Shown here piece by piece: positions 8,593 through 17,132 of a stretch of DNA of 30,037 nt; positions within the stretch are counted from its first letter, which is position 1, and the number at the start of each line of letters is the position of its first letter. The notes under the pieces were generated by a model. That model was given only the letters and a program-made list of their open reading frames with translations. It searched no databases and was not told the DNA's origin. Made by a program: the position numbers and the translations under genes. Source of the stretch: Candidatus Sulfobium sp. (GTDB lineage: Bacteria; Nitrospirota; Thermodesulfovibrionia; Thermodesulfovibrionales; UBA6898); NCBI GenBank assembly GCA_037380845.1, contig JARRRI010000008.1, positions 1-30,037 on the forward strand, read 5' to 3'.

Positions 8593-9750
8593 TCAGAAAA
8601 ACCTCGGATGATGTCCTGACCGGGCCTGACCCTTCGCGGACGAGGACTGGTCCACTATGATGTCCTCGCCTTGCTTCAGGTCGCCTGAAATGACTTCAGT
8701 GTGACTGCCGTCGCTTATACCGAGTTCAACCGGAATGCGCACAGGCCGGCGCTCCCCGGCAATCCAGACGCCGGCCCCTTTTTCCAGCCCGACTTTCCCG
8801 TGTTCGGCAGGTCTGAACCTCAGCGCTGCATTCGGAATCCTGAGCACATCCCTGACTTGAGCTACTATGACCGACACGTTGGCAGTCATTCCCGGCATAA
8901 GCTTCAGGGCCTTGTTGTCAACAAGAACGACTACGTCATAGGTAACCACGTTCTCAACACTTATAGGGGCGATCCGTATCTGCGACACTTTTCCTTTGAA
9001 CATCGTCTCGGGGTAGGCGTCGACCGTAAACTCCACATCCTGCCCCACCTTGACCTTGCCGATATCGGCTTCGTCCACATTAGTGTCGATCTGCATCTTG
9101 GTAAGGTCCTGCGCGATGGTAAAAAGCGTCGGCGTCTGGAAACTCGCGGCAACGGTCTGTCCCACGTCCACATTCCGCGACACAACCACGCCGTCAACGG
9201 GGGAAACGATCTTCGTATACCCGAGGTTGGTAACCGCAGTCTTCAGAGCGGCTTCCGCCTGAGCCACGGCAGCTTCAGCCACCGCAACCTGCGCCTTTGC
9301 CGTCTGGAAACTGGTTACCGAGGTATCGAGATCGCTCTGGGCAATGAGATCTCTCGCCCTCAACTGCCTGTTTCTCTCCATCGTCCTTTCGGCGTCCTCC
9401 AGTGTGGCCTTCGCCTTTTCCACGTTCGCCTTCGCCGATCTGAGGTTGGCCTTCTGCTGTTCCACCTGTGCTTCGAACGTGGCGGGATCAATCAGGGCGA
9501 TGAGCTGTCCCTTCTTCACGTGGGAGTTAAAATCGACGTAGATCTCCTTTACAGTGCCTGATACCTGTGTACCCACCAGAACAGTGGTAACCGCGTTCAC
9601 AGTACCGGTTGCCGTGACGGTCGATATAATCTCCCCTTTGGTGATCTTTTCGGTCCGGAACTTCGGGCCCTCACCACCGTCTCTGAACGTTATGAAAGCG
9701 CCGCCCCCGACAGCAACAAGAACCGCCAGCCAGATTAGTGTCTTCTTCAT
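8593..9750 (-). CDS. MacA-like efflux periplasmic adaptor subunit
   Basis: N-terminal TM, 'VTATGTVNAVTTVLVGTQVSG', 'IVSPVDGVVVSRNVDVGQTVAASFQTPTLFTIAQDL', 'VDEADIG'. Confidence 0.93.
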   Translation of the reverse strand: MKKTLIWLAVLVAVGGGAFITFRDGGEGPKFRTEKITKGEIISTVTATGTVNAVTTVLVGTQVSGTVKEIYVDFNSHVKKGQLIALIDPATFEAQVEQQKANLRSAKANVEKAKATLEDAERTMERNRQLRARDLIAQSDLDTSVTSFQTAKAQVAVAEAAVAQAEAALKTAVTNLGYTKIVSPVDGVVVSRNVDVGQTVAASFQTPTLFTIAQDLTKMQIDTNVDEADIGKVKVGQDVEFTVDAYPETMFKGKVSQIRIAPISVENVVTYDVVVLVDNKALKLMPGMTANVSVIVAQVRDVLRIPNAALRFRPAEHGKVGLEKGAGVWIAGERRPVRIPVELGISDGSHTEVISGDLKQGEDIIVDQSSSAKGQARSGHHPRFF

Positions 9751-10352
9751 GCTTCCTGCTCCCGCCTTTTTTCGATTGTCCCTCTCACAAAAATCCCGAC
9801 GAACTCTTCGACAACGTTCTCCTTGTCCGTAAATCTGTGTTCCCTGGAAACCGCAAGTTCCTGGGTGTTGAAATAGGAGAAGAACATACCGAGAAACGCC
9901 CTTGCCCCGAGTTCCGGACTGAATTCCCTGAGGACCCCTTTTTCCTGCAGTTCTCTGAAATAAGATGCGAGTGTCCTGATAATCTCTCCGATAAAATTCT
10001 GATAAACCTCCCTTGCCTTCGACGGGTAAAGGTGTATCTCTCTCTGCATGATCCTCACCAGGTGGCGTCTCTCGTTCAGCCGCTGCAGAAAAGTTCCGGC
10101 AATCTCCTCAAGGGCCTCGCCGTAAGACATTTCCTTCAGTCCCGGGAGAAGTCCTTTCAGGGCCGGCAAAAAAGAATAGGCACTCATCATTTCTTCGAAA
10201 AGATTCTCTTTCGATGTGAAGTGCCTGAAAAGGGTCAGCTCGGCCACCCCGGCCTTCTGCGCGATTTCTTTCGTTGTCGCACCCAGGTATCCCTTTTCGG
10301 AAAAGAGCTTCAGCCCCGCTTCCAGTATCTTCTCACGTGTATCTTTAACCAT
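9747..10352 (-). CDS. TetR/AcrR-family transcriptional regulator
   Basis: 'TREKILEAGLKLFSEKGYLGATTKEIAQKAGVAELTLFRHFTSKENLF' HTH. Start at ATG 10352; an alternative in-frame GTG is at 10370. Confidence 0.95.
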   Translation of the reverse strand: MVKDTREKILEAGLKLFSEKGYLGATTKEIAQKAGVAELTLFRHFTSKENLFEEMMSAYSFLPALKGLLPGLKEMSYGEALEEIAGTFLQRLNERRHLVRIMQREIHLYPSKAREVYQNFIGEIIRTLASYFRELQEKGVLREFSPELGARAFLGMFFSYFNTQELAVSREHRFTDKENVVEEFVGIFVRGTIEKRREQEA

Positions 10353-10356
10353 GGTT

Positions 10357-10376
10357 ATGTTAGCGCTCACTTACAT
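10357..10376. promoter_or_regulatory. Putative TetR operator at the efflux operon promoter
   Basis: ATGTTAGCGCTCACTTACAT, an imperfect palindrome between the -10 box and the tetR start, 19/20 identical to 2367-2386. Confidence 0.8.
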
Positions 10377-10380
10377 TTTT

Positions 10381-10410
10381 ACTATAGTTTCAACCGCTGA
10401 GAATTGTCAA
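10381..10410 (-). promoter_or_regulatory. Sigma-70 promoter of the tetR-efflux operon
   Basis: Minus strand TTGACA (10405-10410) - 18 nt - TATAGT (10381-10386). Confidence 0.75.
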
Positions 10411-10531
10411 TGGAGTGCTTCAAGCATGCTTGGAGAGCGTGTCGGCGCACCACCCCGGATATGCCTTTATCCACGCCATCAAAAAGAGTTCGACTTCAAG
10501 TCCCTCTCTCACCCGAAAACGCTCGTACCTC

Positions 10532-10561
10532 GTCATTTCCCGGGGCAGCCGTCGGGAATCC
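10532..10561. repeat. Degenerate GTCATT...GGAATCC REP-like unit
   Basis: GTCATTTCCCGGGGCAGCCGTCGGGAATCC has the same end motifs as the element at 21883-21956. Confidence 0.45.
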
Positions 10562-10741
10562 GGTTTTTCAGACGGGTTGGACGTCTGCCGGACGGTCCCG
10601 GCTGCTCAGGCTTACTCTCTTTTAGAACGAAAACGAGTGATTGCGAAAGCCCCCCGAAAAGAAGTAAACTATCGAAATGAGATGTAATTCAAACTCGGCC
10701 CTGTCATGGCAGCATGCCGACAGGGTCTGCAAGTGATCTGC

Positions 10742-12880
10742 ATGAGATCTCTCTTAACAAGGCGTATCTTCCTCCCGGCACTGCTGCTGACGCTCCTTTC
10801 CGGGGCGGCAGCTTACGGCTTTCAGGACCTCGGAAACTACGAATACAACCGGGCCCGTCTCCTCGCCTACCTGGTCCGCAGGGACCTCGAAGCATACCAT
10901 TTCACTCATAAGAAGATAGACGACAAATTCTCCGAGGCCGCGTTCGGCATCTATCTCAAGGACCTGGACGGCAAAAAGCGCTTTCTTCTGAAGGATGACG
11001 TGGACAAACTGAGGGCCTATTCCGACCGGATAGACGATGAACTCAACTCCGGCAGCTTGAAACTTCCGGACGTCGGCGCTGCCGTACTTGCCAGGAGGGC
11101 TGCCGTCGTCCAGGATATGGTGAAAGGCCTGCTGTCTAAGGACTTCGATTTTTCGAAGAACGAGACCATAGAGACGGATGCCGATAAGCTCGACTACTGC
11201 AAGACCGACGCGGAGCTAAGAGAGAGATGGAGAAAGGTGCTTAAATATCAGGTCCTTCTCCGGTATCTGAACCTGGTTGATGACAAGGGTGCCGGGAGCG
11301 GTGACAAGGAGAAGAAAACCTCTCAGGAAGACCTTCAGAAAACCGCACGTGAAAAGATCGGAAAGACGTATGAAACTTTCTTCTCGCGGCTCCTCCAGGA
11401 GAAAGAGAGGGACCACTTCAACCGCTACTTTGACGCGGTGACCCGGGCCTTCGACCCTCATACGGATTATATGCCCCCGAGCACCAAGGAGGATTTCGAT
11501 ATCAGCATGCGGGGTTCCCTCGAAGGCATCGGTGCCACGCTTCAGGAAAAAGACGGGTACATCAAGGTAGTAAAAATCATACCCGGCGGTCCGGCCTTCA
11601 GACAGAAACAGCTTCAGGCCGCCGACATAATCCTGAAGGTGGCCCAGGGGAAAGGTGAACCCGTGGATATAACCGATATGGACATCAAGGACGCGGTAAA
11701 CCTTATACGGGGCCCGAAAGGCACCGAAGTCCGGCTCACGGTGAAGAAACCCAACGGCAAGCTTGTCATAATACCCATCCTGCGCGACGTCGTGCAGCTT
11801 GAGGATACCTTCGTCAAAGGCGCCGTACTGAAGGGCGTCTCAGGCCGGACTTACGGCTACATCAGGATACCCAGCTTTTACAGGGACTTTGAAAAGATGA
11901 AGGACGGCGATCCGGGCCGCAACGCCACGGACGATGTCAGGGCCGAGCTGGAGAAGCTGAAAACGGAAAATATCGACGGCCTGGTCCTGGACCTCAGGAA
12001 TGACGGCGGCGGGGCCCTTACCGACGCAGTGCGGATTGCCGGATTGTTTATTGACACCGGTCCGATCGTACAGATCAAGGACAGCTCCGGCAAGATCTCT
12101 GTCCTCTCCGATAACGTACGGGGCACGAGTTATGACGGTCCCATGGTGGTCCTTGTCAACGAGTTCAGTGCCTCGGCCTCGGAAATACTTGCCGGGGCGC
12201 TTCAGGACTATGGGCGGGCGGTAATCGTAGGCGGCCAGCACACACATGGAAAGGGCACCGTCCAGTCCATAATCGATCTCGATCAGACGATTCCCTTCAG
12301 TAATATGGATAAGTACAGAACTCTCGGGGCACTCAAGCTCACTATCCAGAAGTTTTACCGTATAACGGGAGAGTCCACTCAATATCGCGGCGTCCTGCCG
12401 GACATAGTGCTTCCCGACACCCTGAAGAGCCTGAAGACAGGAGAGCAATATCTTGACTACGCCCTCCCCTGGGACACAGTGACCAGGACGGCCTACAATA
12501 AATGGCCGAAGCTCCACGCCCATCTGGCTGAACTCAGGGCACGGAGTGAAAAGCGGGTTGAGGCGAACAAGAAATTTGCAGAAATATCCAGGGAAAGTGC
12601 CAGGATTAAAGACCTGCAGAATAAGACCATACAGTCTCTGAATATCGATGCAGCCAGGAAAGAGATCGAGGACATGAAGAACCGGGCAGACAGCGAAATG
12701 CCGAATCCTCACACGACGTTGAAGGACAATAACCAGGACTCGTCCCGGCTGACGGAAAAAGAGAGAAAGGAATTGTGGGTAAAAGAGGTGGCCGGGGATG
12801 CGTATGTCAGCGAGGGGATGGCCGTTCTCGGCGATCTCATATCCCTTAATGCAAAAAATACCGCTGTGACCGCCAACTGA
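10742..12880 (+). CDS. prc: Carboxy-terminal processing protease (S41A, Prc/Tsp type)
   Basis: Signal peptide, 'FDPHTDYM', PDZ 'SLEGIGATL...IRGPKGTEVRLTV', 'LDLRNDGGG', catalytic 'SASASEI' and 'GKGTVQ', 'KFYRITGESTQYRGV'. Start may be 10706 or 10742. Confidence 0.93.
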   Translation: MRSLLTRRIFLPALLLTLLSGAAAYGFQDLGNYEYNRARLLAYLVRRDLEAYHFTHKKIDDKFSEAAFGIYLKDLDGKKRFLLKDDVDKLRAYSDRIDDELNSGSLKLPDVGAAVLARRAAVVQDMVKGLLSKDFDFSKNETIETDADKLDYCKTDAELRERWRKVLKYQVLLRYLNLVDDKGAGSGDKEKKTSQEDLQKTAREKIGKTYETFFSRLLQEKERDHFNRYFDAVTRAFDPHTDYMPPSTKEDFDISMRGSLEGIGATLQEKDGYIKVVKIIPGGPAFRQKQLQAADIILKVAQGKGEPVDITDMDIKDAVNLIRGPKGTEVRLTVKKPNGKLVIIPILRDVVQLEDTFVKGAVLKGVSGRTYGYIRIPSFYRDFEKMKDGDPGRNATDDVRAELEKLKTENIDGLVLDLRNDGGGALTDAVRIAGLFIDTGPIVQIKDSSGKISVLSDNVRGTSYDGPMVVLVNEFSASASEILAGALQDYGRAVIVGGQHTHGKGTVQSIIDLDQTIPFSNMDKYRTLGALKLTIQKFYRITGESTQYRGVLPDIVLPDTLKSLKTGEQYLDYALPWDTVTRTAYNKWPKLHAHLAELRARSEKRVEANKKFAEISRESARIKDLQNKTIQSLNIDAARKEIEDMKNRADSEMPNPHTTLKDNNQDSSRLTEKERKELWVKEVAGDAYVSEGMAVLGDLISLNAKNTAVTAN

Positions 12881-13993
12881 CTAACGGACCGGCTGATACG
12901 TCCCGGGAACACCTTTTTTGGACAGCACGATTTGCCACACGTTCAATTGCCGCGCCCTGAACAGACCGGCGCTGCTCAGGAGATAATATTTCCACATCCT
13001 GAAAAACCTGTCATCGTATAATGCCTCTATTTTGTTCCAGTTCTCACCGAAATTCCTGAACCATGCGGTCAAAGTCCTGTCATAGTAAATTCCAAGATTA
13101 TGCCAGTCTTCCATCACAAACAGCCCTTCGACTGCAGCGCTGATCTGGGCCATCGACGGGATCATGGAGTTGGGGAATATATATTTGTAGATCCACGGAT
13201 CAGTGGTGACCGACGAAATGTTGTTGCCGATGGTATGCAGCAGAAAAAGACCGTCGTCCTTCAGGCATCTGTTTACCGTAGTCATAAAGGTCCTGTAGTT
13301 CTTGTATCCTACGTGTTCGAACATCCCCACAGACACAATATGATCAAACTTTTCATTCAGGTCCCTGTAATCCTGAAGCCTCAAGTCAACGGATTGCCCG
13401 CAGCAGAGTTCTTTCCCCAGACTAACCTGTTCATTTGATACCGAAATGCCCACCACTTTCACGCCGTACTTCTCGGCAGCGTACCCGGCGAAACTCCCCC
13501 ATCCGCAACCAATATCGAGTATTCTGTCCCCGGCCTTAAGTCCAAGCTTCCGGCATATCAGGTCAAGCTTTGCCTCCTGCGCCTCGTCCAGACTGCCTTT
13601 ATCTTTCCAGTACGCACAGCTGTAAACCATCCGCTTGTCCAGCATATTCCTGTACAGTTCATTGCCGATGTCATAGTGTTTCTCTCCAACTTCAAACGAT
13701 CTTGACTTGCTGCTCAGATTGAACACCCTCGCCTTAAGAACGTGTAAAGCGTATTTCCAGTTCCTGGTCTTTTCTTCGGCATTTGTCTGCATGATCCGGC
13801 AGAACAGCTCATCGAGACATCGGCAGTCCCACCATCCGTCCATGTACGCCTCACCCAGCCCCAGACTCCCGTCGGTCAACACTCTTTGATACAACCTTTC
13901 ATCGTGGACCACGATGTCCCGGGGACCGCTTCCGTTGATGGAAATGTCCGCATCAGCAAGAATCTGCTGAACGATATCTTTTGCCGCACTCAT
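12881..13993 (-). CDS. cfa: Cyclopropane-fatty-acyl-phospholipid synthase
   Basis: 'GSLGLGEAYMDGWW', 'HYDIGNELY', 'YSCAYW', SAM motif 'LDIGCGWG', 'SVGMFEHVG', 'RMWKYYL'. Confidence 0.95.
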   Translation of the reverse strand: MSAAKDIVQQILADADISINGSGPRDIVVHDERLYQRVLTDGSLGLGEAYMDGWWDCRCLDELFCRIMQTNAEEKTRNWKYALHVLKARVFNLSSKSRSFEVGEKHYDIGNELYRNMLDKRMVYSCAYWKDKGSLDEAQEAKLDLICRKLGLKAGDRILDIGCGWGSFAGYAAEKYGVKVVGISVSNEQVSLGKELCCGQSVDLRLQDYRDLNEKFDHIVSVGMFEHVGYKNYRTFMTTVNRCLKDDGLFLLHTIGNNISSVTTDPWIYKYIFPNSMIPSMAQISAAVEGLFVMEDWHNLGIYYDRTLTAWFRNFGENWNKIEALYDDRFFRMWKYYLLSSAGLFRARQLNVWQIVLSKKGVPGTYQPVR

Positions 13994-14033
13994 TCTCTTT
14001 TCACCGAGCCTCCTCTTATCTCTCTACTTTTTC

Positions 14034-14061
14034 ATACTATCACTATGGACATTTTTTTCAA
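14034..14061 (-). promoter_or_regulatory. Putative sigma-70 promoter of cfa
   Basis: Minus strand TTGAAA-16 nt-TAGTAT, with an extended -10 TG. Confidence 0.45.
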
Positions 14062-14216
14062 GGCCCGAACCCGGCAGAGGCAGCGACTGTGGGTAAGTTT
14101 AACTGCCAAAAAATGGGATAATTCCGTTGAAATAGGCTAGAATAAAAGTGTGCAGCAGGCTTACTATCGGACAAGCTTGGAACTTTTGTCCAACAGCTTC
14201 GAAAGTGTGAAGGGGC

Positions 14217-17132
14217 ATGGCTCTTAGGACAGATATAGGGCGCCTCCTCACCATCATCATCGGTGCGTTTATCGGCATATTCGTCTTCGTGGTCCCGATC
14301 GGCTATTTCCTTGTTTCCTACCAGTATAATGCAGGCAGTCTTTCTACCGAGGCAGAGGTCAACGCGGCCATCATCTCGCATGCCATGAACCTTGACCCCA
14401 AGCTATACGAGGTCGGACAGGAAAGACTTAACGAATCAATATCGGAGCGCCTGAAGGAGGGTCGCGGCGAGATAAGGCGCGTCGTGGACCAGCACGGCGC
14501 GATTATCGCCGAGAGCGCCGATACCATCAGCCCTCCCTACATAATGAGGTCTTCCCCTCTCACCCAGTCGGGCAGATTTACGGGACGCGTAGAGATCTAT
14601 CGTTCCTTGCGTCCTCTCCTCATCCGTGCCGGTCTTCTCGCTGCGGGGAGCATTTTTTCCGGAGGAATCATCTTCTTCATCCTCCTTGTCCTGCCCCTTC
14701 GCACGATTCGCCAGGCCGAAGACGCTCTCAAGGACAGCGAGGAGAGATACCGCGATCTGTTCGAGAACGCCAGCGACCTTATTCAGAGCGTCGCCCCGAA
14801 CGGCGACATCGTTTACGTGAACAGCGCCTGGCGGCAGACACTGTCATACACCGAAAAGGAGATAGCGAAATCGTCTTTCTTTGACATCATTCATCCGGAC
14901 GAGCGCACACGTTTCAGGGATCTGTTCGCACGTCTGATGTCGGGCGAGAACATTGATAGGGCCGAGACAAAGCTGATAACCAGAGACGGCAAGACGATAA
15001 TAGTGGAAGGCAGCGTCAGCTGTAATTTCAGGGACGGGACGCTCGCTGCCGTGCGCGGTATTTTTCAGGACGTTACTGAGCGCAAGAAGGCCGATGAGTC
15101 CCTCCGCAGGACACTGGAGGAGCTGAAGAGGGTGACCTCTGAACTCGAAAACGCCTACAGGAAGATGGAAACGGACCGCAACAACCTCCGTTCGGCTCTC
15201 GACAGTTTCTCCCGGGTTATCACCGAAGTGGAGACGAAGAGGGGGTTCGAAGAATATCTTTATCGGCCGATTGAAAATCCTCTCCTTCCGGTATGCTGGC
15301 AAATGAACGAGTGCACATACACGGGATGTCCCGTTTACGGACAGAAACACGTGAGATGCTGGCAGGTGGCCGGTACCCATTGCGGAGGCGCGGTCCAGGG
15401 GCAGTTCGCCAGGAAATACGTCGATTGCAAGGAGTGCTCCGTATATAAGGAGTCGACCCGGATCCCGGTATATGAAATAACGGAGACGTTCAACAACATG
15501 ATGCATATCCTCGAATTGAAGCATAACGAGCTGACAGAAGCTCGCGGAGCCGCTGAGGAAGCCAGCCTGCTGAAATCCGAGTTTCTTGCAAATATGAGTC
15601 ACGAGATACGGACGCCGATAAACGGGATCATAGGCATGACGGGGCTGGCCATGGACACTCAACTTTCGGAGGAGCAGCGCGAGTATCTGCAGGCCGTCCG
15701 CAAGAGCGCCTATTCCCTGCTTTATATCATCAATGACATTCTTGATTTTTCAAAAATAGAAGCCGGCAGGCTCACTCTGGACGCCGTTGATTTCGATCTT
15801 GGACAGACAATCGCAGAAGTGATCGACACGCTCGCGCCCCAGGCTTCTGAAAAAGGCCTGGAGATAATCTCCGAGATAGGCCCGGAAGTTCCGGCATTGC
15901 TGGTGGGCGACCCCGTGAGGCTTAAGCAGATATTGCTGAACCTAGGCAGCAACGCCATAAAGTTCACTCACGCCGGCAGAGTCGTTTTCAGCGCTGTCCT
16001 GGAGGAGGAGTCAGAAGATAATGCCGATATAATGCTGTCCGTGGCAGACACCGGCATCGGCATCCCGGAAGACAAGCAGCAGATGATATTCGAAAAATTC
16101 GTCCAGGCCGACAGTTCGACGACCCGCCTTTACGGGGGCACCGGGCTGGGATTGTCGATAACGAAGAAACTGGTCGACCTGATGGGCGGAAAACTGGGGG
16201 TGTCGAGCGACAGCGACAGCGGCAGTACATTCTGGATAGATATCATTTTCCGAAAGCAGAAGGAAACGAAGGGCGCGGGCGGCCGTGCACAACAGGACGT
16301 CGCAGAAAAACAGGAGGCGGAGGTGCCGGTCGCCCTCAAACGGTTTCACCACTTGCGTATCCTGCTGGTCGAGGACAACGACATCAACAGACAGGTTGTA
16401 TTGAGACTGCTCGCCAAGGCCGGGATTAAGGTCGACATCGCGGAAAACGGCATTCAGGCCGTCGAAGCGGCCCGGAAGACGGCTTATGACTTCATCCTGA
16501 TGGACGTACAAATGCCCGAAATGGACGGGTTCGAGGCCACAAGGAAGTTCCGCGCGAAGGAAGCAGATGGACGGCATGCAATCATAATAGCAATGACCGC
16601 ACATGCCCTGAAGGGGTATCGCGGACGCTGTCTGGAGGCCGGAATGGACGATTACCTGTCAAAACCGGTAGACAGGGGTAAACTGCTGGGTGTCTTCGAA
16701 CGGTGGGCGTCCCGTTATAACAGGGTAGAAAGCGGAGCCGGCAGCGGCGGGCAAAATGGCCCCGATCCGACGGCACTGCATCATCGTTCTCCCGTCGACA
16801 TGAAGAGTGCGATGGCGCGGTTCGACGATGACGGAGAATTTTTCAACAGCATGCTGGCCGAATTCCTCAATTACATGCCCGGGAAACTCTCCGCCATCGA
16901 GGGGGCGGCGGAGTCGCGCGATCCGGTCGGACTTCGGAACCATGCCCACAGCCTCAAGGGCACCGCAGGAATGCTGAGCGCCGGGACGCTGACTTCCATA
17001 TTGTTAAGGATCGAAGAGAAAGGATATGAAGGCGATATTGAAGGCGCCATGCCTCTCCTTGAAGACCTTAAAGCGGAGATTTCACGACTGGAGGAATTTC
17101 ACAGAAACCTGCAGATTCCGGGACAGCCGTGA
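14217..17132 (+). CDS. Membrane hybrid histidine kinase (2TM sensor-PAS-Cys-rich/HAMP-like-HisKA-HATPase-REC-Hpt)
   Basis: Two TMs; PAS 'ERYRDLFENASDLI...DVTERK'; H-box 'FLANMSHEIRTP'; 'NAIKFT', 'DTGIGI', 'YGGTGLGLSI'; REC 'LLVEDN...ILMDVQMPEMDG'; Hpt 'HAHSLKG'. Confidence 0.95.
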   Translation: MALRTDIGRLLTIIIGAFIGIFVFVVPIGYFLVSYQYNAGSLSTEAEVNAAIISHAMNLDPKLYEVGQERLNESISERLKEGRGEIRRVVDQHGAIIAESADTISPPYIMRSSPLTQSGRFTGRVEIYRSLRPLLIRAGLLAAGSIFSGGIIFFILLVLPLRTIRQAEDALKDSEERYRDLFENASDLIQSVAPNGDIVYVNSAWRQTLSYTEKEIAKSSFFDIIHPDERTRFRDLFARLMSGENIDRAETKLITRDGKTIIVEGSVSCNFRDGTLAAVRGIFQDVTERKKADESLRRTLEELKRVTSELENAYRKMETDRNNLRSALDSFSRVITEVETKRGFEEYLYRPIENPLLPVCWQMNECTYTGCPVYGQKHVRCWQVAGTHCGGAVQGQFARKYVDCKECSVYKESTRIPVYEITETFNNMMHILELKHNELTEARGAAEEASLLKSEFLANMSHEIRTPINGIIGMTGLAMDTQLSEEQREYLQAVRKSAYSLLYIINDILDFSKIEAGRLTLDAVDFDLGQTIAEVIDTLAPQASEKGLEIISEIGPEVPALLVGDPVRLKQILLNLGSNAIKFTHAGRVVFSAVLEEESEDNADIMLSVADTGIGIPEDKQQMIFEKFVQADSSTTRLYGGTGLGLSITKKLVDLMGGKLGVSSDSDSGSTFWIDIIFRKQKETKGAGGRAQQDVAEKQEAEVPVALKRFHHLRILLVEDNDINRQVVLRLLAKAGIKVDIAENGIQAVEAARKTAYDFILMDVQMPEMDGFEATRKFRAKEADGRHAIIIAMTAHALKGYRGRCLEAGMDDYLSKPVDRGKLLGVFERWASRYNRVESGAGSGGQNGPDPTALHHRSPVDMKSAMARFDDDGEFFNSMLAEFLNYMPGKLSAIEGAAESRDPVGLRNHAHSLKGTAGMLSAGTLTSILLRIEEKGYEGDIEGAMPLLEDLKAEISRLEEFHRNLQIPGQP

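Noticed and set aside
10421..10432. Perfect 12-bp palindrome CAAGCATGCTTG upstream of the tetR promoter
   Set aside because: Single occurrence with no supporting context; could be chance.
10495..10513. TTCAAGTCCCTCTCTCACC resembling a tRNA 3' end or att site
   Set aside because: No pairing T-stem 5' strand, no cloverleaf, no second copy and no integrase.
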